Shown piece after piece: positions 35,703 through 48,515 of a stretch of 60,217 bases of DNA. Both the position numbers and the translations under genes were made by a program. Under the pieces are notes generated by a model that ran no database searches, was not told the DNA's origin, and was given only the letters and a program-made list of their open reading frames with translations. The stretch lies in the NCBI GenBank assembly GCA_030264375.1, contig JASCQW010000027.1, forward strand, positions 58,276,829 through 58,337,045, in the 5' to 3' direction. The DNA is from Carcharhinus longimanus (lineage: Eukaryota). Within the stretch, counting starts at the first letter, position 1, and every line of letters begins with the position of its first letter.

Positions 35703-37290
35703 GTCATAGAGGTTTACAACATGGAAACAGGCCCTTTGGCCCAAATTGTCCATGCCGCCCCTTCTTTTAACCCCTAAGCTAGTCCCAAATACCTGCATTT
35801 GGCCCATATCCCGCTATACCCATTTTACCCATGTAACTGTCTAAACACTTTTTAAAAGACAAAATTGTACCCACCTCTGCTACTACCTCTGGCAGCTCGT
35901 TCCAGACACTCAACAACCTCTGTGTGACCCCACTTTTAAGGAGCTACGAACATATACCCCTCGATCTCTTTGTTCTATAACTCTCCCCACACCCTACGAT
36001 TAACTAAGTCCTGCCCTTGTTCAATCTACCAAAATGCATCACCTTGCATTTATCTAAATTAAACTCCATCTACCATTCGTCAGCCCACTGACCCAATTAA
36101 TCAAGATCCTGTTGCAATCCTAGATAACCTTCTTCACTGTCCATTTGGCCACGAATCTGGGTGTCATCTGCAAATTTACTAACCATGCCCACTAAAATCA
36201 TTAATATAAATGACAAATAACAGTGGACCCAGCACTGATCCCTGAGTCACACCGCTGGTCACAGGCCTCTAGTTTGAAAAACAACCCTCTACAACCACCC
36301 TCTGTCTTCAGTTATCAAGCCAATTCTATATCCATTTAGCTAATCACCTTGGATCCAGTGAGATTTAACCTTATGCAACAACCTACCTTGCGGTACCTTG
36401 TCAAAGGCCTTGCTAAAGTCCATGTAGACAACATCAATGGTACCACCCTCATCTACCTTGGTTAAATTTGTGAGACATGATTTTCCACTCTCAAAGCCAT
36501 GCTGACTGTCCCTAATCAGTACTTGCATCTCTAAATGCCTGTAGATCCTGTCTCTCAAAATACCTTCCAACAATTTACCCACCACAGATGTGAGGCTCAC
36601 TGGCCTGTAGTTCCCAGGCTTTTCCCTGCATCCCTTTTTAAACAAAAGCACAATATTTCCCACTCTCCAATCTTCAGGCACCTCACCCGTGACAATCAAT
36701 AATTCAATTATCTCAGCTAGGGGACCCACAATTTCCTCCCTAGCCTCCCACAATGTCCTGGGATACATTTCATCAAGTCCCAGGGATTTATCTATCTTGA
36801 TGCTCTTTAAGATTTCCAGCACCTCCTTTTCTGTAATATGTACTCTCCTCAAGACATCACTATTTATTTCCCCAAATTCCCTAACATCCATGCTTTTCTC
36901 AACAGTACATACTAATGAGAAATATTCATTTAGGATCTGACCCATCTCTTGTGGATCCGCACACAGATGACCTTGTTGGTTCTTAAGAGGCCCTACTCTC
37001 TCCCTTGTTACTCTTTTGCCCTCTATATATTTGTAGAATCTCTTTGGATTCTCCTTTGCCTTATCTGCCAAAACAATCATTTTTGTCCTTCTGATTTCTC
37101 TCTTAACTCTACTTCTACACTCCCTATACTCTTCAAGTGATTCACTTGATCTCCGCTCCCTATACATGTCACATGCCTCTTCTTCGTGATCAGGGCCTCA
37201 ATATCCCAAGTCATCCAGGGTTCCCTACTTCTGCAAGCCTTGCCCTTCACTCTAAGAGGAATGTGTTTGTCCTGAACCCTGGTTAACACA
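35703..37290 (-). mobile_element. CR1 LINE ORF2 (RT) with 3' tail; longest open stretch 36340..37167
   Basis: Reads 'KENPKRFYKYI...GEVPEDWRVGNIVLLFKKG.REKPGNYRPVSLTSVVGKLLE.ILRDRI..HL...SQHGF..GKSCLTNL...DVVYMDFSKAFDKVP'. Has internal deletions, so it is non-functional. Confidence 0.95.
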
Positions 37291-38362
37291 CGGATTGTTG
37301 GTGATCTGGACACATAAAAACTTGAAGCTCTCAACCCTTTCTACTTTGTCCCTGTCGACATAGACAGGGGCATGTCCATCAGGCCCTGGGGATTTGTCTA
37401 CCTTAATGTTTCTCAAGAACCCCAATACCACCTCCTTTTTGATCTTAACATGACTCAAACTACCTGCACACCCTTTCCTAGGCTCATCATCCACCAGATT
37501 CCTCCCTGTGGTGAATACTGATGCATTTGATGGTTCCATGCATTGATTCCCTCTCCTGTCCTTGAGTGGGCCAACTCTCTCCTTGGCTACCCTCTTGCTT
37601 ATACATGTCTAAAAAGCCTCGTAATTTTCCTTAATTCTGCTGGCCAATGCTTTCTCGTAACCCCTTTTAGCCCTCTTTACTCCTTGCTCATGTTTCTTTC
37701 AACTTTCCTTGTATTCTACACTTGCTTTGTATATTCCAAGCCTTCCAGCTTTGACAAATGCTTCCTTTCTCTCTTTGACCTCAAATCACAGATGTACAAG
37801 GAGTATAGTAAGGGGCTGAGGACACAGCCTCGTGGAGCACTGGTGTTGGGGATGATTGTGGAAGAGGTGTTGTTGCCTATCATTACTGACTGCAGTCTGG
37901 GGTTAGGAAGTCTGGGATCCAGTAGCAGAGGGAGGAGCTGAGCCCCAGGCCTGGAGTCTGGAGATGAGTCTCATAGGAATAACAGTGTTCAAGGCTGAGC
38001 TGTAATCTATGAATAGGAGATTGACATAGGTGTCTTTGTTATCTAGGTGTTCCAGAGTTGTGTGTAGGGCCAGGTAGATGACAACTGCTGTGGACCAGTT
38101 GCAGCAATAGGCAAACTGTGGTGGATCCAGGTTAACCTTTCAAAGTATTTCATAATGATGGATGTCAGAGCCACTGGACAACAGGCATTAAGGCACATTG
38201 GCTGGCTTTTCTTTGGTACCGGGATGATGACTGTCTTCTTGAAGCAGGTAAAGACCTCAGATTGGTGAGAAGAGGTTGAAGATGTCTGTGAATACCCCTG
38301 CCAGTTGTCCGCGCAGGATCTAAGTGCTCGCCCGAATACCCCTTCTGGGTCAGTTGCTTTCC
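37290..38362 (-). mobile_element. Interleaved Rex1/Babar-like RT (37290-37375, 37785-38362) and CR1 (37375-37780) fragments
   Basis: Rex1-like '[37 protein letters not shown]' and 'VERVESFKFL.VQITNN'; CR1-like 'IKVDKSPGPDG'. Confidence 0.8.
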
Positions 38363-38364
38363 GT

Positions 38365-39647
38365 AGCACAAAATATCTGAAGAGGTCAAAAACAGGGTTT
38401 CCACTGGCAAGATTTCAGAACGCCGTCATTTCTGGGCCCTCCACTATTACGCCATCAGGTTCACAACCAGGAAGGGCAAGAACCTGATCTGAATGAATTT
38501 TAATCTCATTCGCAAGCTTGCAGTTGAATCTTCAGACCTCATTGAATGTTCTTGCCCCACAGTGTGATGTCACGTGGGGGTGAAAATCACTACTGCCTCT
38601 TAAAAATGAGAACCAGCTGCCATGGCCTCTGAGAAGGAGGGGGAGCCTCCTTCTCAGAGGCTCCCCAGTACCCCATCTGGGCCAGTTTCTTTGCTACGCA
38701 GCCAGAAGAATCATTCATGGCAGTGAAAAGGTTTTAAAACACAGAGCCTTCTACTATAATATCTCAGGGCATTGAACAGTTGTGAAATCTGAAAGCCTTT
38801 ACATTCATTCCGGGATGTGAAAAGTCTGTAAGGCAGACATGCTGCAGAGTAGCCTGTGCTGCAACGGATTTTAAAACCAAGACATTCTTGAATAGCTCTG
38901 GGCAGTGAAGTGTTTAAAGGACAGGCTGAAGGCTTAAACACAACACACACCAGCTGCGATTCCCATCCTGAACAGTCCCCTTCACCCCCTCCTCTCCTCC
39001 CCTCGCATCCCTGAACCAACCTCCCTTTACCTCTCTCTATATCTGGCCAGCAGATACGGCCTCCTTGCATAACATGGCATGAGGTGGAGAAGGCTACTCA
39101 GCCATAAGGAGATTTGTGCCAGGGTGATCTCAGAATGAGATCTTCCCAGTCCCCCGCCGGCTATGTAATCAGGTTCACACATGGTGAGGGTGTGAACCTG
39201 ACTATCATCAATTTGCATGGATTTAAATATTCCTAAACAGCTTAATGCCATAGCTTCTGGGGGTTCAGGTGCTCCGTCACACTGGTTTGGTGTTGCTTTT
39301 CAACAGTTGAAATGACCGTGCCAGTGAGGCCCCTGGGAGGTTGGTACTGTATAAGGGGGTGAGGTGGCGGTTACCTGATGTCTGTGGCCAGAGCAGGGAA
39401 GGGGGGTGCAGTGTGGGGGGCTGTCTCTTGTCTTTTTGAGAGCAGGGCACCCTTGGAAAATACACCTGAATCTCTATGGTCTTTAGGCTCTGTCCTTCAA
39501 GAATGGCAGTGTAAAACATGCTCCCCTTTTTTTTTGACTAAGTGTCAGAAGATCTGGAGAGGAAACACGGCTGTTCCTCTGGGGACAAATATGCCAGTTT
39601 TCAGTCAAAACCTGACACTTGGCCAGTTTTTAAGAAAATTCCACCCC
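38365..39647. mobile_element. Non-autonomous Harbinger-like element
   Basis: Right end 'ttaagaaaattccaccc'; the left end is truncated by a LINE. Confidence 0.4.
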
Positions 39648-39679
39648 AAGTCAGGATATTTCTTAAATGTGAGAGAAGT

Positions 39680-40570
39680 TGGGAAGTGTTGGGGTCTAAA
39701 GGATCCTTGTTGCCCTTGTTCACGAGTCACTGAAAGTTCGCAAATAGGCGGAACAATCAGTAGCAAGACAAATGCTATACTGGCATTCATCACAAGGGGA
39801 TTTGAGTCCAGAAGTAAAGATGTCTTTCTAAAATTGTATACAGCCTTGGTGAAACCACACCGGAAGTACCGTGTTCAGTTTTGATCTCAGGAAAGGAATG
39901 GTGCCACATTATCAAGGGAAGGCATGATGGCACAATGGTTAGCACTACTGCCTCACAATGCCAGGACACAGGTTCAATTCCGACCTTGGACGACTGTCCG
40001 TGTGGAGTTTGCACATTCTCCCTGTGCGTGCATCGGTTTCCTCTGGGAACTCCGGTTTCCAGCTTGGTCCAAATATATGCAAGTTACATGGACTGGCCAT
40101 GCTAAATTGCCCCTTAGTGTTCAAAGGTGTGTTGATTAGGTGTATTAGCCATAGTAAATATGTGGAGTTATGGGGATAGGGCAGAGGGGAGTGCCTACGG
40201 GATGATCTTTCAGAGACTTAGTGGGCCGAATGGCCTCTTAATGCACTGTAGGATTCTATGGTAGCGCAACAGAGGTTCACTAGACTAACCTGATTGTCTT
40301 ACACAGAGATTGAGAAAACTGGGCCTATTTGCTACAGTTTCAAAGAATGAGAGGTGACTTCACAGAAATTTACAAAATTCTCACAGGGTGGATATATGTA
40401 GGATGTTTCCCCTGGATGGTTAGTTTAGAACCAAAGGACATAGTCTTAAATGGCCTACTTTTTATTTTCAAACTAAGATGAGGAGCGATCTCTTTACTCA
40501 AGAGTGTGGTGAATCTTTGGAATTCTCTAGCCAAAATGGTTGTGGAAGCTCAACAAGTGAGCATTTTTAG
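39680..40570 (+). mobile_element. CR1 3' fragment split by an HE1 SINE
   Basis: Reads 'KTNAILAFITRGFESRSKDVFLKLYTALVKPH..YRVQF' and resumes after 40260. Confidence 0.8.
39920..40260 (+). mobile_element. HE1-type V-SINE (family A)
   Basis: A and B boxes, V core, tail 'gcactgtaggattctatg'. Confidence 0.9.
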
Positions 40571-40994
40571 AGGTCCATATCAAATGTAGGAAGACCTGGT
40601 CAATATCCAGGCTTCGGCTGACAAGTGGCAAGTAATATTCGTACCACAGAAATGCAGTCAATGTCCATCTCCAGCAACAGAGAATCTAGAGAAGATGACA
40701 TGATGGCACAGTGGTTAGCACTGCTGCCTCACAGCACCAGGGACCCAGGCTGGAGGGATGGGGGACAACCTGGGTGGGACCTGATTCCCCAAACCTCTCC
40801 ATAACCTACAAGGTACAAGTCAGATGTAATGGAACATTCTCAGCTTGCTTGGATGAGTGAAGCTTGAACAAGGCTTGAGAAGTTTTACAATATTCAAGAC
40901 AAAGCAGTCTGTTTGATTGGCACTCTATCCACTCTAACATGGACAGCCAGTAACAATATTGTGCCATCTGCAGGATGTACTGCAGGAACTCACC

Positions 40995-41440
40995 AGACAA
41001 TCTTGTAGACTGTACATCCGTCACTGAAAGTGAGCATATAGATGCAGCAGGCAGTGAAGACGACAAACGATATGTTATCCTTCATAGTGAGAGCAATCAA
41101 GTACAGGAGCAGGATGTCTTGCTGCAGTCATACAGGTCCTTGGTAAGACAACACTTGGAATAATGTGTGTGCAGCTTTGGTCTTCTTATCCCAAGAAGGA
41201 TGTTCCTGCTATGGAGGGAGTGCAGCAAAGACTTCCCAAACTGATTCCTGGGATAGTGGGACTGACGTACAAGGAGAGACTGAGTTGGATAGGAATATAT
41301 TCACTGGAGTTCAGAAGAATGAGAGGAGATCTCAGAAATCCATGACATTTTAACAGGACTAGACAGGGTAGATGCAGGAGGGATGTTCCTGGTGTGGGTG
41401 CCCAGAACCAGGGGTCAAAGTCTAAGGATATGGGGTAAAT
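40995..41440 (+). mobile_element. CR1 fragment
   Basis: Reads 'CVQLWSSYPKKDVPAMEGVQQRLPKLIPG..GLTYKERL...IYSLEFRRMRGDL'. Confidence 0.85.
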
Positions 41441-41445
41441 GGACG

Positions 41446-41583
41446 AGAGAACCTGGGTGAAACCCACAGACACATGGGGAGGATGTGCAAACTCCATCCA
41501 GATAGTCACCCAAGGCCGGAAATGAACTTGGGCTCCTGGCGCTGTGAGGCAGTAATGCTAACCACTGTGCCACTATGTCACCC
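41446..41583 (-). mobile_element. V-SINE 5' half
   Basis: Reversed tRNA head and core: 'gcaaactcca...aatgaacttgggctcctggcgctgtgaggcagtaatgctaaccactgtgccac'. Confidence 0.85.
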
Positions 41584-42358
41584 TGGTTTCAATATAAATC
41601 AAACTGCTACAACTTTCAAAATTTAACATTGTCTTAACATGTAGAAGAGATAGATTTCTATTTAATGTAAGTTAATGAAAACATTTGTGTTACACAGAAT
41701 TGCATACAACATACAATACAGAAACAGGCCATTTTGCCTTATGAGCCCATGCTGGTGCTTATGCTCAACTCAAGCCTCTTCCATTTTTCCTTATTCAACC
41801 TCATCAGCATAACCCTCTTTCTCATACTAATAGCCAGGCTTCCCTTAACCATAGCAATACTATTTGCCTCAACTATTCGCTGTGGTAGTGAGCTTCACAT
41901 TCTCACCACTTTGGGTAAACACTTTTTCTGAATACCCAGTTTGATTTCTTGATGACTCTTATATTGATGGTTCTAGTTTTGTTCTTCTCCACAAGTAGAA
42001 AGAGTCTCTGGATCTAATCTGTCAGATCAGAACCTTTCATAATTCTAACTTTCTGTTTGGTTAGTTCAGTATTGGGCCTTTGGTACTGTAATCCATGTTC
42101 CAATTCATCTTAGACTAATGAATTGAAAGTTCTTTCTGGCTACAGAAATCTTCTGTTTAACTTGTCTACATTTATTTTACAATGTGTATACAGCAGAAAA
42201 CTACCTTGGTCCAATTGGAAATTGGCAGTCTAAGACACCACATAAAAGCTGGCATGAGACACAGAAAGCTTCTGATCAAATTACTGTACTGTATCTATTT
42301 AACCTGGAATAGTTTGGCTCGGATATGAACCACCTGAAATTGAAAGCACATCACCCAC

Positions 42359-42477
42359 CTTCTGACAGCTTCTGTCTATGGGTTCCACTGGTGTTGGTTT
42401 GGGGTAGATCATTCTTGCATCGTCTCTTCCACATTCCAGAACAGACCACAACTCCATTACAAGGGCTTTAATGAACC
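42359..42477 (-). CDS. TBC1D32: TBC1D32 internal exon 4 (119 bp, phase 1-0)
   Basis: cttttag|GG ... AAG|gtgggt. Encodes (G)FIKALVMELWSVLECGRDDARMIYPKPTPVEPIDRSCQK. Confidence 0.95.
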
Positions 42478-43434
42478 CTAAAAGAAAAAATAGATTTTAT
42501 TGCTCAAATTATGACACACTAAAAATACAGTACATGAAAATCTGACAGCTAACATGTATCACATTAACTAATAAGATATTCCATGTCAAATAGGTTGTCA
42601 GAACAGCTGAAGTTACTCACATATGATTTGCTACCAAATATATTTTCTTCATCCTGTGTAATCTCATTACCTGCAGCTTACATTTGTCAAAAATGTGGAA
42701 AGCCAATGTCAACAAGTCGGAAAGAAATAAGACCTGAATATTTGGCAACATTCATTTAACGAAATGTACAAAAGTGCTGGCAGGAAGAACAATGGGATTT
42801 TTTATATTATTCGCAGTTGGCAAAGCTAGATTCTAAATTTTCAACAGCAAACATAAATTTTGGGATGCAGGAATGCTTGTTAAAACGATGGGGGCTGAAG
42901 AATCTGGAAATTGTATTTGTAAAGTAGTGATGGTAAGGGGAGTCTGAATACTGAGAGTATTGAGAAATTAGTTTTATAAAAAAACAGAGGAGTTGCTACA
43001 AGCAATCAGACCAACAGACCTGAGGTATGAGGACAATGAGAGTAGCTGCAACATGCAGCCTGTGGGATAGGCTGGGCTGTTGAAGACTTGGGAGGACTGC
43101 AACTACCAGGGTGCCCAGCAACTAATGGAAGCAGTAAATCTGAAGCAATCAAAACTCTCTGTCTTCAATCACCTTCACTACCCCTTCCCATGACCTTTTC
43201 ACTTCCATTGCCTTCTCCGTTCTTTTACATTACCTTCAAACACTTATTCTCCCATTTCCTTCACTCTTTTTTTATATAACCAACTGAAGAGCACTATCAT
43301 TGCACTCCAGAGACCAAAGGGAAAGGTAAGAAGCAAAAGAAAGGCTGCTAAACATTTTCTATATGTTGCACTGGGAGCTGAAAGCTGACATTAGGTGAAT
43401 AGGAAAGTAGGCATAAAGCGGCCCAGTAAAACAA

Positions 43435-43765
43435 AGACAATAAGATGACCATTGTCGATTGTCGTATAAACCCATTTAGTTCACTGCTGCCCTTTACGGA
43501 AGGAAATCTTCCGTCCTTCCCAGATCNNNNNNNNNNNNNNNNNNNNNNNNNNNNNNNNNNNNNNNNNNNNNNNNNNNNNNNNNNNNNNNNNNNNNNNNNN
43601 NNNNNNNNNNNNNNNNNNNNNNNNNNGTGACACCAGGTCTGGCCTACACATGACTCCAGATCCATAGCAATGTGGTTGGTTTTCAAATGCCCTTTGAAAT
43701 GGAGACAGTAAGGGATGGGCAATAAATACTGGCCCAGACAGTGATGCCCACACCCCTGGAATTAA
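43435..43765 (+). mobile_element. SINE-like element (fourth family) with the L2/CR1-group LINE tail; gapped
   Basis: Ends 'gggatgggcaataaatactggcccagacagtgatgcccacaccc', matching LINE tails at 30860-30920 and 33210-33270. Confidence 0.6.
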
Positions 43766-44347
43766 AAGAGAAGGATGCAGAAGAAGCGTAGAGAGAAAGG
43801 TTTAAAGCAGCGCTGATATGAGCTGAGCTGGTAGCAGGAGCTATGAGAATTAGAGAAGCAACTCTTCAATCTCAGTGACAATTTTAAATTGATGAACATT
43901 TGTCACCGACTCCATAAACAGAAGAAATAGCTTTAATCAATTTATTCTGTTGAAATCTCACATTAAAAGTCTAGTATCGCACGTCTTTTCTGACAATCAA
44001 GTTTATCCTGGTGACACTACTTTTACTGGTTTTAATGATCTTTCTACAATTAGCTGCTTCATATTGTACATGGTACTCTATGTCTTGTAAAATGTTATTA
44101 GCTCCTTTCTCTTCTAATACAGATGTCTATGTGACAGACCTTTTTCTGTCTTTATGTGTTTGCATTTGTACTTTCAGAGAATTGATGTGGCTGAACCTAT
44201 CTACTCATTCATATACTCCAACTTTCCAGCAGTTGAATGTTTACTCAATGCATATATTACTTTTTGACTGACAATATATTACAGTATATTTTTGCAAATA
44301 AAAGCAAATCTCTCATCCATCTGATAAATTCCGTCCATTAAATGTAT

Positions 44348-45192
44348 TGGCCGGGATTCTCTCAAAAAAACATTCTAAGTTCCCAATGTGTGGGGAAAAT
44401 GGCAGTAAATCCTGCCGTTTTTTTTTTAGCATAATTTTCAGAATGAATCTCCAACATTTTCAGAGTGCCCTAGCGTGATTCACTCTGCAAGTCTGTGATT
44501 GGGGTCTATTCCTGCCCGAGAGGCTGGCAGAACAGCGCTGAGCTGGCTACTGTGCAGGCACCAATCTGTCAGAGTGGAGATCGGCTCAGGTGCACTAGCC
44601 CACCATTGCCGGCCAGCTCCATATCTCCCATCGCTGGCCTTCCAACCCCACAACCACTGTCCTCCTGGCCCTCCCCAGCCAGCCCCTATATCCCCCCCCT
44701 TAACTCGGGCCAGTCCAGATCACCACCTCACCCCGCTCGATGCCCAGCGGGCAGTGCCAGTTGGTCAGTACTAAGATGCAGGTGGCATTGCTCAAGGAGC
44801 ACTCCCCCCTACCTCTGACCTCCCAGGGGGACCTCAATGGCCTTTCTTCCATCGGGAGGGGTCGGGCTGCCTGTTCCCCTTAAGTGGGGTGCAGACGTAA
44901 ATTCTGTTGGAGGGAATCATTCCTGGCGGGGTTGGGGGGCGGGGGTGGGTGGTGCAGACATCAGTGGGCCCGGAGACTTCAGACTCGGGCCTGCAAACCA
45001 GATGCAAATTGCGGTTTCCATAATGCTATCAGTTCTGTGCCGATTTCCGGCGCAGAGCTGATGACGCTGAAAAACTTGGTCCCAGAGATGTGCAGAGGCC
45101 ATGATGTCCAGTAGGAAGCCCGCAAAATGGACTCCGCTGATGTCTCCTGGTCTGCTGCAATACTCACGCAACGGGCTGGAAGATTCATCCCA
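44348..45192. mobile_element. Non-autonomous Harbinger-like element (MITE-type)
   Basis: Degenerate inverted ends 'ggccgggattctc' ... 'ggaagattcatccc'. GC-rich interior with no coding capacity. Confidence 0.5.
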
Positions 45193-46147
45193 ATTATGTC
45201 TATAAGTCACAGAAGGCTGAATTTTAACACACTGCGCCCAGCAGAAACAAGGTAGAGGTGGGAAGTTGAAATGAGTGTAGTAACTTAACTACTTGAGTGT
45301 CATTGCCTTCCCTACCTCCGTTCCTTCTATTAATTTTCTTTCTTGAGAAAAGAGGGAAATTAAAAATCAAAGGGAAAATGCCCTTGGGATTCACACTCAG
45401 ATTTCTTTCACGCATATAAAATGATTTCTACACAGATACAGCAAGTTTGTTGTGATCCCAAACTGGCGACCATGGCAAACTGTGGGGACGAATTTAGAAC
45501 TTGTGGGTGGCAGATTCTATTCAACTTAGAAAATTGAAAACTGGCATGTTTTGATAAAAATAATAGTAATCCTAAATTCTTAACAGGATGACAGACCAGA
45601 AATGATATTAAATTTACAACATAGAAACTGGTCATTTGGCCCAACAGATCTATGCTGATGTTTATGTTCCACAATCTGTAAAGGTGAAAGCACAGGTAGA
45701 AAAAGTTATAAAAAGACAACTGAAATTCTATTTTTTATATAAAAGACAAGACAATGAACATAATGTCAAACTGAGTTTAGACATTAAATACTGTATGACA
45801 TTTGGGCATTTCAAAGAATATGCCAGTGATGAAAAATGTATGGTACATAATTGCTAACATAATATTATAAATTAGAAGTTATAATTATAAAGAAAGGCTC
45901 AAATTTTTGAATTTTACTCACCTGAAAGTGGACAGTTATGAGTGAATATAATAGCTATAATCAAAATTAAGAAAAGTTTGCAGAGACTAAGTGGCGAAAG
46001 TTTGATTGACATAATGATTACAAGGGAACAAAGAAACTTATGAAAATATTAAGGCAATTAAATATTTTAGTCACACAGAATTATTAGAATAATGCTGAAA
46101 AGAGAGATAAGAACATAATAATAACATAAGAAATAGGAGCAGGAGTA

Positions 46148-47175
46148 GATGCTCTACCAAACCTTTTCATCCTGCACTCATCAGGACCAGCTGCACGAAG
46201 TAAACCAACAATAAAGAGAACAAATTATATAACACGAGAAGAGAATGCTGGATGGTTGGTAAGTGCTTTCTGATTGGTAGAATGCACGGAGAATGCAGTA
46301 CAGAATACTTACTTAACTGTTCAAATCAAACCAGACGTCTTCCTGGTTTGATGGTAGTATCCTGTTGGCGGAGAATACCACTCATGTTGCTAATGCATAG
46401 CAACAGCATGCAATGCCTAGCTTCAACTGTTGTTCAAGCATTTGAGACACCTGCCCTTCTAGGGTAAGATAGACTGGAAACTTTTCAAGGCTGGAGGTGA
46501 CAATCTGAGACTCATTCATTAGTTTGCACAATAAACAGCAATCTAATAAGGGTATCCATTATTCCATAGAATGCCTTTTTGTGCCCTAAGCTTGCACGGT
46601 GAGAAAATTAGGTTGCTGATAGGCTGCTAATAAGACAAATTATATAGCTCATTTGATTGTTCCATTTCAAAGGTGAATTTCAGCGTAGGATGGAGTCCAT
46701 TAAGATGTGTAAGGAATATATTGTGTGCAGCTGCACGGATTCAAATGTATCATTTTTGTGCTCGAAATATCAGCTCACTTAGACATGCTAGAAGCCACAT
46801 ATATTCACACACAGGGTCCAGTGCTTTGCGAACAGAATTATGACTTTCTTAGTTAAAAAAAACTTGGGGAACCACCATTCCTTGGTTCATTCCCCATGGC
46901 AATGCCTTGACCAATCAGAATCAACCTGCCTGGTTTTAGTTCAAAATGGAAGCTTGCTGATTAACTGCCCTCAGCTGTATTTTCTATGATAATGCCTCTA
47001 CTAATCAGACTCCATTTGTCAACCAATTAGCACTCTTCTCATGCAGTATAATTTGCTGTTCTTTTTACGGTGGTTTACCATGTGTAGATGTCCTGGTGAG
47101 TGCAAGACAAAAAACTCCAACAGCATGTCTCTTTTTCAGCAATACTCAAGCTCTGTACTAACCAATGACTATTTG
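46148..47175 (+). mobile_element. Second Penelope-like family: inverted terminal copy, GIY-YIG C-terminus and 3' pseudo-LTR
   Basis: 46770-46840 (+) reads SAHLDMLEATYIHTQGPVLCEQ. 46150-46440 is a degenerate reverse complement of 46880-47130 (tgattgg/ccaatca boxes and hammerhead core). Confidence 0.7.
46157..46187 (-). ncRNA. Degenerate minimal hammerhead core (PLE family 2)
   Basis: Minus strand GUC CUGAUGA GU-GCAGG-AU GAAA AGGU UU GGU. A more decayed sister copy lies at 47090-47121 (+): GUC CUGGUGA GU-GCAAG-AC AAAA AACU CC AAC. Confidence 0.5.
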
Positions 47176-47678
47176 TTAGAATATGAAAGTTACTACTGAG
47201 CTATTGAGCCATAAAAATTCTAATGTCATCTGAAAGAGAAAAGGATATGTATTCGGAATGGAAAATATAACAAGGACAGAGGGAAATCACATAAATATGA
47301 TATTAAGGGTTGATGGCTCTTTTTGAAGCATTAGCAACAGCACAGCTGTGAGGATCAAATAAGGTGCAATTATTATTTTACTGTTACACAAAATTCTTAG
47401 CAATGAGTTATAGAAATATTGGTTGAAGCATACAAACAGATCTTCTGTTCACTTTGACATGAAAATTACATGGAAATAGCCTAAATAATACTTTTTTGAT
47501 GATTATGTAAATGTATGTGATCAGAATAGTGTTCAACTGTCATTCTAAAGATTAATGTATTACTTATTATGCCTGCATCTTTCACTGTATATTGCAAAAG
47601 CAACATATAAAACCATTCTATGGTCCTAAATGGCGAAAAATACTCAATTTGGTAGATATCTCTTCAATTAATATTTAC

Positions 47679-47766
47679 CTGAACTTTGCAATGCCACAAT
47701 GCCAGGAGCTGTAGCAGCTACCTGCGTAACCATTACTCCATATCCAAATTTTTCACATTTGCTGAC
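47679..47766 (-). CDS. TBC1D32: TBC1D32 internal exon 3 (88 bp, phase 0-1)
   Basis: ttgacag|GTC ... G|gtaaat. Encodes VSKCEKFGYGVMVTQVAATAPGIVALQSS(G). Confidence 0.95.
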
Positions 47767-48192
47767 CTGTCAAATTAAAGGAAAAAACAAAGTAAATAAA
47801 CACCATGCACATAATTCTTGTCTCACATTATATCACTTACCATATTAATAATGCTATCCAGGCAAAGTTAATAGATGATTATTTGAAGAAAACAGGTCGG
47901 CTGATTTGTCATTGGAATTCCAGTGTTCTCATGCTGTATTTAGTGTCAGAATTCATGGTGAACACTTCATTCCAATATGAATGCCAATTTACTGGAATTT
48001 CAAATGACTGCAATGGTGATTGTGGCAGAGAATACTCTAGTAATTAGTAGCAGTAGAACCTTTAAAATGGCAAATTGTTGTTAATTTGCACACATACAAA
48101 ATTAAAAAAGATAAATTTACTCTAGTAACCGGATTAAAAAATAGATAACAATGAGTTCAAGAAAGAGGTTGTCCTATTGTTTGGATGGTTAA

Positions 48193-48515
48193 GGGTGGTA
48201 CACGGCACAGTGGTTAACACTGCTGTCTCATTGTGCCAGGGATGCGGGTTCAATTCTGGCCTCGGGCGACTGTGGGGAGTTTGCACGTTCACCCAGTATC
48301 TGCATGGATTTCTTCCAGGAGCTCCGGTTTCCTCTGACAATCCAAAGATATGCAGGTTAGATGGACTGGCCATGCTAAAGAAAAATTGCTCCTTAGTGTC
48401 AGAAGGATTAGCAAGGTAAATGCATGGGGTTGTGGGATAGGGCCTGGGTGGGATTGTTTTTGGTGCAGAATCGATGGGCCAAATGGCCTCCTTTGTATTG
48501 TAGGGATTTATTCTA
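48193..48515 (+). mobile_element. HE1-type V-SINE (family A)
   Basis: A and B boxes, core, tail 'gatgggccaaatggcctcctttgtattgtagggatt'. Confidence 0.9.

Noticed and set aside
36340-37167. 275-aa ORF as a host gene or active retrotransposon
   Set aside because: It is a CR1 ORF2 fragment with internal deletions, no endonuclease and no complete RT.
42055-42260. Possible LF-SINE-like ancient element near exon 4
   Set aside because: Only a few short words resemble the recalled consensus, which is not enough to call without an HMM search.
42621-42670. Exon-like 50-bp segment on the minus strand (cag|GTAATGAG...TCATAT|gtgagt) just upstream of exon 4
   Set aside because: The donor is good, but there is no polypyrimidine tract, inclusion would frameshift, and exons 3 and 4 already join in frame. 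A poison exon cannot be supported without RNA data.
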